Origin: Isurus oxyrinchus
Taxonomy: Eukaryota
Reading direction: 5' to 3'
Length of the DNA: 64,000 bases
Assembly (NCBI GenBank): GCA_026770705.1
Contig: JANJGN010000016.1
Coordinates: forward strand, 86,552,001 to 86,616,000
The position numbers and the translations under genes were made by a program. The notes beneath the pieces are model-generated. The model was not told where the DNA came from. It was given only the letters and a program-made list of their open reading frames with translations, and did no database searches. This document shows positions 59,701-64,000 of this stretch, piece by piece. Each line of letters opens with the position of its first letter. Position 1 is the first letter of the stretch.

Positions 59701-60450
59701 TGGCATCACCCAGTCACCCCTACCCCCTGCAACGCCCACACCCCACCCATGGCATCACCCACCACACCATCCCCTGCATCACACACACCCACACCACCGG
59801 CATCACCCACCCCCCCCACCCACGGCATCATTCACAAACCCCCCCCCTCCATCAACCACACCCTCACCCCCGGCATCACCCGCACCCTCACCCACGGCAT
59901 CCCCCACCGCCGCATCCAAGGCATCACCCACCCATGTCATCACCCAACCTTTCCATCCCCGGCATCACCCACCTCCATACCCCCGGCATCATCCACATCT
60001 CCCCGCAACCCGCACCACCATCCACACCCCCATCTCCGGAATCAACTCCCCCCCACCCACACCCAGCACCACGCATTCCCCAACCCTGGCAACACCCACC
60101 CCAGTCATTACCCACCCCCCCACCCTTGGCATCACCTGTCACACCACCCACGGCATCATCCGTGCCCCCACCCCAGGCATCACCCACCAACCCCACCGCC
60201 TGCATCACCCATCACGCTACATTCGGCATCAACCACCACTGCATCCCTGGCATCAACCACTCCCCCACCCATGGCATCACCCACCACCCCCACATCCAGC
60301 CACACCCACAACCCCCACATCCACTCCCGGCATCACCCACACCCCCTACCCCGGCATCACCAACCCCGCACGTCCGGCATTACCCATTCCCTCAACCTCA
60401 GCATCACCCAACCCCCATCCACGGCATCACCCACCCCCACCCCTCCACCC

Positions 60451-60926
60451 CCTACAACACTCAAGAAGCTTGACACAATCCAGAACAAAACAGCCCACTT
60501 GATTGGCACCACATCCACAAACATTCACTCCCTCCACTACCGACACACAGTGGCAGCAGTGTGTACCATCTACACGATGCAATGCGGAAACACGCCAGGT
60601 CTCCTTAGACAGCACCTTCCAAACCCACGACTACCGATATCTAGAAGGACAAGGGCAGCAGGTAGGTGGGAAAACCACGACATGGAAGTTCCCCTACTAG
60701 CCACTCACCATCCTGATTTGGAAATATATCCTTGTTCCTTCACTGTCTGTGGGTCAAAATCCTAGAACTCCCTCCCTAACAGCACTGTGGGTGTACCTAC
60801 ACCACGTGGACAGCATGATTCAAGAAGGCAGCTCACCACCACATTCTCAAGGGCAATTAGGGATGGGCAATAGATGCTGACCGAGTCAGCGACACCCACA
60901 AGCCATAAATGAATAAAAAATAAATA
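60451..60926 (+). mobile_element. 3' end of a degenerate CR1/L2-group LINE (ORF2 C-terminus, 3' UTR and A-rich tail)
   Basis: Translation TTLKKLDTIQNKTAHLIG..NIHSLHYRHTVAAVCTIY resembles the L..L..IQ.KA.R.I..L..L..RR post-RT region of CR1/L2-group ORF2. It ends in ATGAATAAAAAATAAATA. Confidence 0.75.
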
Positions 60927-60954
60927 GACTTGTTGATGACAGAAATATTGCTTG

Positions 60955-61290
60955 GAAAGTAAGTTGTCAAGAGGACAGAATGGGCCAATAAAGGGATTTA
61001 GATCGGTTAAGCGAGTGGGGAAATATTTGGCAGGTGGGGAATAATGTGGGAGAATGTGTATTGTCCGCTTGATAGGAAGAATAGAAAAGCAGTAAATTAT
61101 TTGAATGGAACGAGGCTGCAGAACTCTGCGATCCAGAGGGATCTGGGTGTCCTGGTGCATGAATCACAAAAAGTCGGTTTGCAGATGCAGCAAGTGATTC
61201 GGAAGGTAGATGGAATGTTGGTGGTTATTGCAACAGGATCGAGTGTAAAAGTAGCACAGGGCCTGAGAGCACATCTCCTGGACTGGCTAC
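60955..61290 (+). mobile_element. Degenerate CR1 LINE fragment (RT C-terminal region)
   Basis: Reads (with frameshifts) RDLDRLSEW..WQ..RKNRKAVNYLNGTRLQNSAIQRDLGVLVHESQKVGLQMQQVIRK.DGML, a typical CR1 ORF2 region (ORF 61044..61310). Confidence 0.85.
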
Positions 61291-61442
61291 AGTTTGCACT
61301 CCTGACTTAATTGTGGTTGTGATGATTTAATCCCAGCAACTTCCAGTTTCTTTTCTGTTTTTAATCTTGTAAATTCAAGAGATTCAGGATGAAACTGATC
61401 ATTTTAAAATGATTGATACTTGGCTTTGAACCAAATCTGCTG

Positions 61443-61536
61443 CAGATGTGTCATTGATTGACAGGCGAACCAGCCAATCAGGACAATCACTTGCTGAAAT
61501 GTAACCAATCAGCTGATGGGGAGGTGGGACATTTCC
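61443..61536. promoter_or_regulatory. Candidate cis-regulatory cluster just 3' of the Ig light-chain transcript (2 CCAAT boxes, 2 E-boxes, GC/GT-box-like, kB-like)
   Basis: CAGATG 61443-61448, AGCCAATCAG (CCAAT 61474-61478), AACCAATCAG (CCAAT 61505-61509; 31-bp spacing), CAGCTG 61510-61515, GGGGAGGTGGG, GGGACATTTCC 61526-61536. Motif evidence only. Confidence 0.4.
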
Positions 61537-61573
61537 AAAGCACTCACCAGACAGAGACTGAATATTCTTAATG

Positions 61574-61579
61574 TTTATT
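61574..61579 (-). terminator. Polyadenylation signal AATAAA of the Ig light-chain transcript (alternative signal at 61669-61674)
   Basis: TTTATT on the plus strand, about 600 nt downstream of the stop codon. On the minus strand it is followed by a CA dinucleotide and a GT-rich element (GTCTCTGTCTGGTGAGTG). Confidence 0.65.
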
Positions 61580-61873
61580 ACCTTTTACACATTGACATTT
61601 ACAGAAAAAAGACTTGAATAAACAGCCCAGCCAGAGGGAGCTGGAGAAATTCACAGGGAGAATGGAGGTTTATTAAAACGCTTGTGGAGATTTTCTCCAG
61701 AACATGAGAATCCTGTCCCTTTAAACAGTGACTGAACCTTAAATTGTAACTGCAGGGTGAGCAGGAAGGGGTCTGGTTTACTGAAGCAGACACTTCGGAG
61801 GGTCACATTATTTTTGTACAGCTGACAGTCTTCAGCATCTTAGAGAGGTTTAACTTAGCATCACGAGATTAAA

Positions 61874-62013
61874 CTGACCCATCAAACACTCCCAGGACAG
61901 GTGCTGCAGGGGGCTAGATACAGAGTAAAGGTCCCTCTACACTGTCCCCATCAAACACTCCCAGCACAGGTACAGCACGGGGTTAGATACAGAATGAACC
62001 TCACTGTACACTG
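61874..62013. repeat. Two diverged tandem copies of a 69-bp repeat in the predicted Ig 3' UTR
   Basis: CCCATCAAACACTCCCAG at 61878 and 61947; TAGATACAGA at 61915 and 61984 (period 69). Confidence 0.8.
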
Positions 62014-62173
62014 CACCAATAACGTGCCTTAACCCCTGACCCTCAGAAGTGTGTCAGAGCCGGTCCTGAGAAGGAAGAGAGTTGTAATTTGGTGCTGACA
62101 ATGACCTTTGCCCTCCCAGCTCACCCCTGTTCTATTTAAAGTTGTATCTCCTCTGTGGACTGTCTCTAACACT

Positions 62174-62502
62174 CTACGCACATTCTGATCTCCTGATGCT
62201 CTTGCTGAGGGGAGAGGAAAGACTCTCGTGGGTGACGACACAGGAGAAGCTGGCGTTGGACTCCCAGCCGGAGCCAGAGAGGGTCAGCAGGCTGCTGACG
62301 CTGTAGGTGCTGTCTGAAGCTCGCAGGTAGTTGCTGGTCTGAACCCCGTCCGAAATGGCTGCACCGTCCTTCTTCCACTCCACCTTCACCTCATCGGGAT
62401 AGAAGTGATTGGCAAGGCACACCAGGGTGGCAGTGCCCTTGGTCTTGACCTCCTCTGGGGAGGGGGGCAGCAGGGTCACTGTGGGTGGTGACTTCTCTCT
62501 GC
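62174..62502 (-). CDS. IGKC: Immunoglobulin light-chain constant-region exon, cartilaginous-fish kappa (type III/NS4-like)
   Basis: After acceptor TTTCAG|GC (phase 1) it reads REKSPPTVTLLPPSPEEVKTKGTATLVCLANHFYPDEVKVEWKKDGAAISDGVQTSNYLRASDSTYSVSSLLTLSGSGWESNASFSCVVTHESLSSPLSKSIRRSECA*. C1-set hallmarks are present: both domain Cys, FYP, Trp, YSVSS.LT, C.V.H and a penultimate Cys for the H-L bond. Light-chain identity is firm. The kappa isotype is assigned from recalled similarity to shark type III chains. J and V lie beyond 64000. Confidence 0.93.
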
Positions 62503-62521
62503 CTGAAATGGAAGAGAAGGA
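62503..62521 (-). other. Splice acceptor and polypyrimidine tract of the J-C intron
   Basis: Minus strand TCCTTCTCTTCCATTTCAG immediately before the exon, in the phase expected for Ig J-C splicing. Confidence 0.9.
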
Positions 62522-62684
62522 AGTTTAATCAGTGTCATTATAATGAATTTCAACTTCCCGAATATTAACTGGGATCAAATCTGTGTAAATGTATAGATGA
62601 TGCAAAATTCTTATAATCCATCCAGGTGATTTTTTTTCGGCAGAACATAACAAACTCAGCAAGAGAAGGGACAGTTTTGGACAA

Positions 62685-63930
62685 TTTCAGGGAATGAATC
62701 TGTGCAAGTGGAATGTGTTTCAGTGGGAGAGTATTTGGGTAATAGTGATCATAATTCAGTTAGATTTAGAGCAGTTATGGAAAAGGATAAAGATAGACCA
62801 AGTGTAAAATTTGTACATTAGGGAAAGGCCAATTTGCCAAAATGGACAGGAAACAGAAACCTGAAGATAAATCAGTGTCAGAGCAATGGGAAACATTCAG
62901 GAAAGATATAAAATGGGCTCAGAACAAATATCTTCACACAAAGAAATAGCGTGGGACATTGCAAGAGGATAACTAAAGATTGAGTAAGGCCAATTGGAGA
63001 CCAAAAAATAGATCTCTGTCACTCACTCTCTGTGACTCTTCCTGACTCCCCCTGTATCTCTTTCTCACCCACTCTCTCTCTCTGTATCTCTGTCACACTC
63101 TCCCTCTCTCTCCCTCCCTCTCCCCCTCTTTCCCTCCTTCTCTCTCCTCCTTACTCTCTGACTCTCTCTCTCTTTCCTTTTCTCTCTCTCCCTCTCTCTC
63201 TCCCTCTCACTCTCCCTCTCTCTCTCCCTCTCCCTCTCCCTCTCTCACTCTCTCTCTCTATCTCCCTCTTACTCTCCCTCTCTCTCTCCCTCTCTCTCTC
63301 CCTCTCTCTCTCCCTCTCACTCTCCCTCTCTCTCTCCCTCCCTCCGTCTCACTCACTCTCTGTATTGGGGGGAGGGGTGGGGTTGGAAGCACATAGATGG
63401 TTCTGAATGAATAATTTACATCTGTTTTCACACAAGAGAGGGACAACGCGGACATTCTAGTTGAGGAGGAGCAGAATTGTGAAATATTGGATGGGATAAA
63501 CATCGTGAGAGAGGAGATATTAATGTGTTCAGCATCTTGGAGAGTGGATAAATCCCCAGACCCGTATGAATTGTATCCCAGGCAAGAAGGGAAACAAGGG
63601 AAGAAATAGCAGAGGCTCTGACCATTATTTCCCAATCCTCTCTGGATAGGGGTGTGGTGTCAGAGGGCTGGAGGACTGATAATGTTGTTTAAAAAGGGAG
63701 GAAGGGATAGACTGAGAAATTACAGACCAGTCACTCTAACCTCAGTGGTGGGCAAATGTCAGAAATCTTTCTAAGAGAAATTCTCATCATCATGAGGAGG
63801 TAACAAGAAGGGTTGACAACGATAGCGAGTTTGATGTAATCTATGTGGATTTTAGCAAGACTTCTGACATGGACAGACTGGTCAGAAAGTTAAAACTCAT
63901 TAGATCCCAGGGAAAGGAGCAAGTTGTGTT
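62685..63930 (+). mobile_element. Degenerate CR1 LINE ORF2 remnant (APE endonuclease end through RT N-terminal part) in the J-C intron, antisense to Ig, split by a (CT)n tract
   Basis: Fragments translate as VSVGEYLGNSDHNSVRF (APE SDH motif, about 62715-62767), SVFT, VDKSPDP..LYPR, REEIAEALTIIF, KKGGRD..RNYRPVTLTSVVGK and EEVTRRVD..FDVIYVDFSK, with many stops, frameshifts and deletions. Confidence 0.88.
63013..63361. repeat. Imperfect (CT)n/(CTCTCC)n polypyrimidine microsatellite
   Basis: About 350 bp of almost exclusively C/T on the plus strand. Confidence 0.95.
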
Positions 63931-63932
63931 TC

Positions 63933-64000
63933 AAAACAAAGAAAACTGCGGATGCTGGAAATCTAAAACAAAAACAGAATTACCTGGAAAAACTCAGTAG
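63933..64000 (-). mobile_element. 3' tip of a second copy of the same Penelope-like element (runs off the window); left boundary approximate
   Basis: 63965-64000 matches 23217-23252 at 35/36 nt (AAAACAAAAACAGAATTACCTGGAAAAACTCAG[C/T]AG), in the same orientation. Confidence 0.85.

Larger units (their letters stand above)
1..60450 (+). repeat. Giant degenerate C-rich minisatellite/satellite array, modal unit 24 bp (about GGCATCACCCACCCCCTCACCCCC), on the order of 2,400 units; continues beyond the left window edge; interrupted only at 23217-24592
   Basis: The core GGCATCA(C) recurs throughout. Successive cores at 195, 219, 243, 274, 298, 314, 338 give spacings 24, 24, 31, 24, 16, 24. The ORF track shows the matching 8-aa periodicity (PGITHPLT / PASPTPSP / PRHHPPPH). 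Near-perfect local 24-bp triplets occur at 2174-2257 and about 6005-6180. Copy number is a length/24 estimate. Confidence 0.97.

Noticed and set aside
511-60208. Numerous minus-strand Gly/Val/Trp-rich ORFs (GVGDAG, WVMPGV)
   Set aside because: They are reverse-complement translations of the same repeat: short, redundant and without domains.
1-60450. CRISPR-like repeat-spacer array (constant GGCATCACCCA with variable spacers)
   Set aside because: The context is a vertebrate genome. The constant part is only about 8-11 bp, the spacers are mutually related low-complexity sequence, and no cas genes are present.
60546-60552. CACAGTG heptamer (also CACTGTG at 60783-60789 and 62477-62483) as an RSS or kappa-deleting element
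   Set aside because: There is no ACAAAAACC-like nonamer at 12- or 23-bp spacing. The first two lie inside a LINE fragment and the third inside the C exon.
27-60765. Very long plus-strand Pro/His/Thr/Ser-rich ORFs as mucin, extensin or histidine-rich protein genes
   Set aside because: They are open in all three frames simply because the C/A-rich 24-mer lacks stops. The frame switches at 16- and 31-bp units and at C-run indels between near-identical duplicates. No signal peptide, domain or splice structure was seen.
63032-63635. ORFs 63032..63406(+) and 63258..63635(-)
   Set aside because: They are translations of the (CT)n tract and antisense CR1 sequence.
60955-63930. The two CR1 remnants as one element disrupted by the Ig exon
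   Set aside because: The order is non-collinear (RT C-terminal piece lies upstream of the EN/RT N-terminal piece on the same strand), so independent insertions are more parsimonious.
62522-64000. J segment or V exon of the light-chain cluster
   Set aside because: No FGxGT-encoding segment or RSS was seen on the minus strand. The region is CR1, microsatellite and PLE, so J must lie beyond the window.

Overview
Eukaryotic genomic DNA, almost certainly from a cartilaginous fish (shark-type Ig light chain, Penelope-like and CR1-group retroelements). About 60.4 kb (1-60450, open at the left edge) is one uninterrupted-polarity, degenerate C-rich tandem array. Its modal unit is 24 bp (consensus about GGCATCACCCACCCCCTCACCCCC; minus strand GGGGGTGAGGGGGTGGGTGATGCC), and it is built up by nested duplications of about 1.06, 1.12, 1.8, 2.9, 4.8 and 7 kb. 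The array is interrupted once, by a young 5'-truncated Penelope-like (GIY-YIG) retroelement (23217-24592) with a 12-bp target-site duplication and a minimal hammerhead-ribozyme-like motif. The last 3.5 kb hold LINE fragments, an intact immunoglobulin light-chain (kappa/type III-like) constant exon on the minus strand (62174-62502) with splice acceptor and poly(A) signals, a CCAAT/E-box/kB-like motif cluster, a (CT)n tract and the tip of a second Penelope copy. The hundreds of Pro/His/Thr-rich or Gly/Val-rich ORFs in the track are compositional by-products of the array. The most notable observation is that the array starts about 1.1 kb past the Ig poly(A) signal, is G-rich on the Ig sense strand, and carries an RGYW/WRCY AID hotspot in nearly every unit. 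This is a switch-region-like architecture beside a light-chain gene, offered as a hypothesis only.
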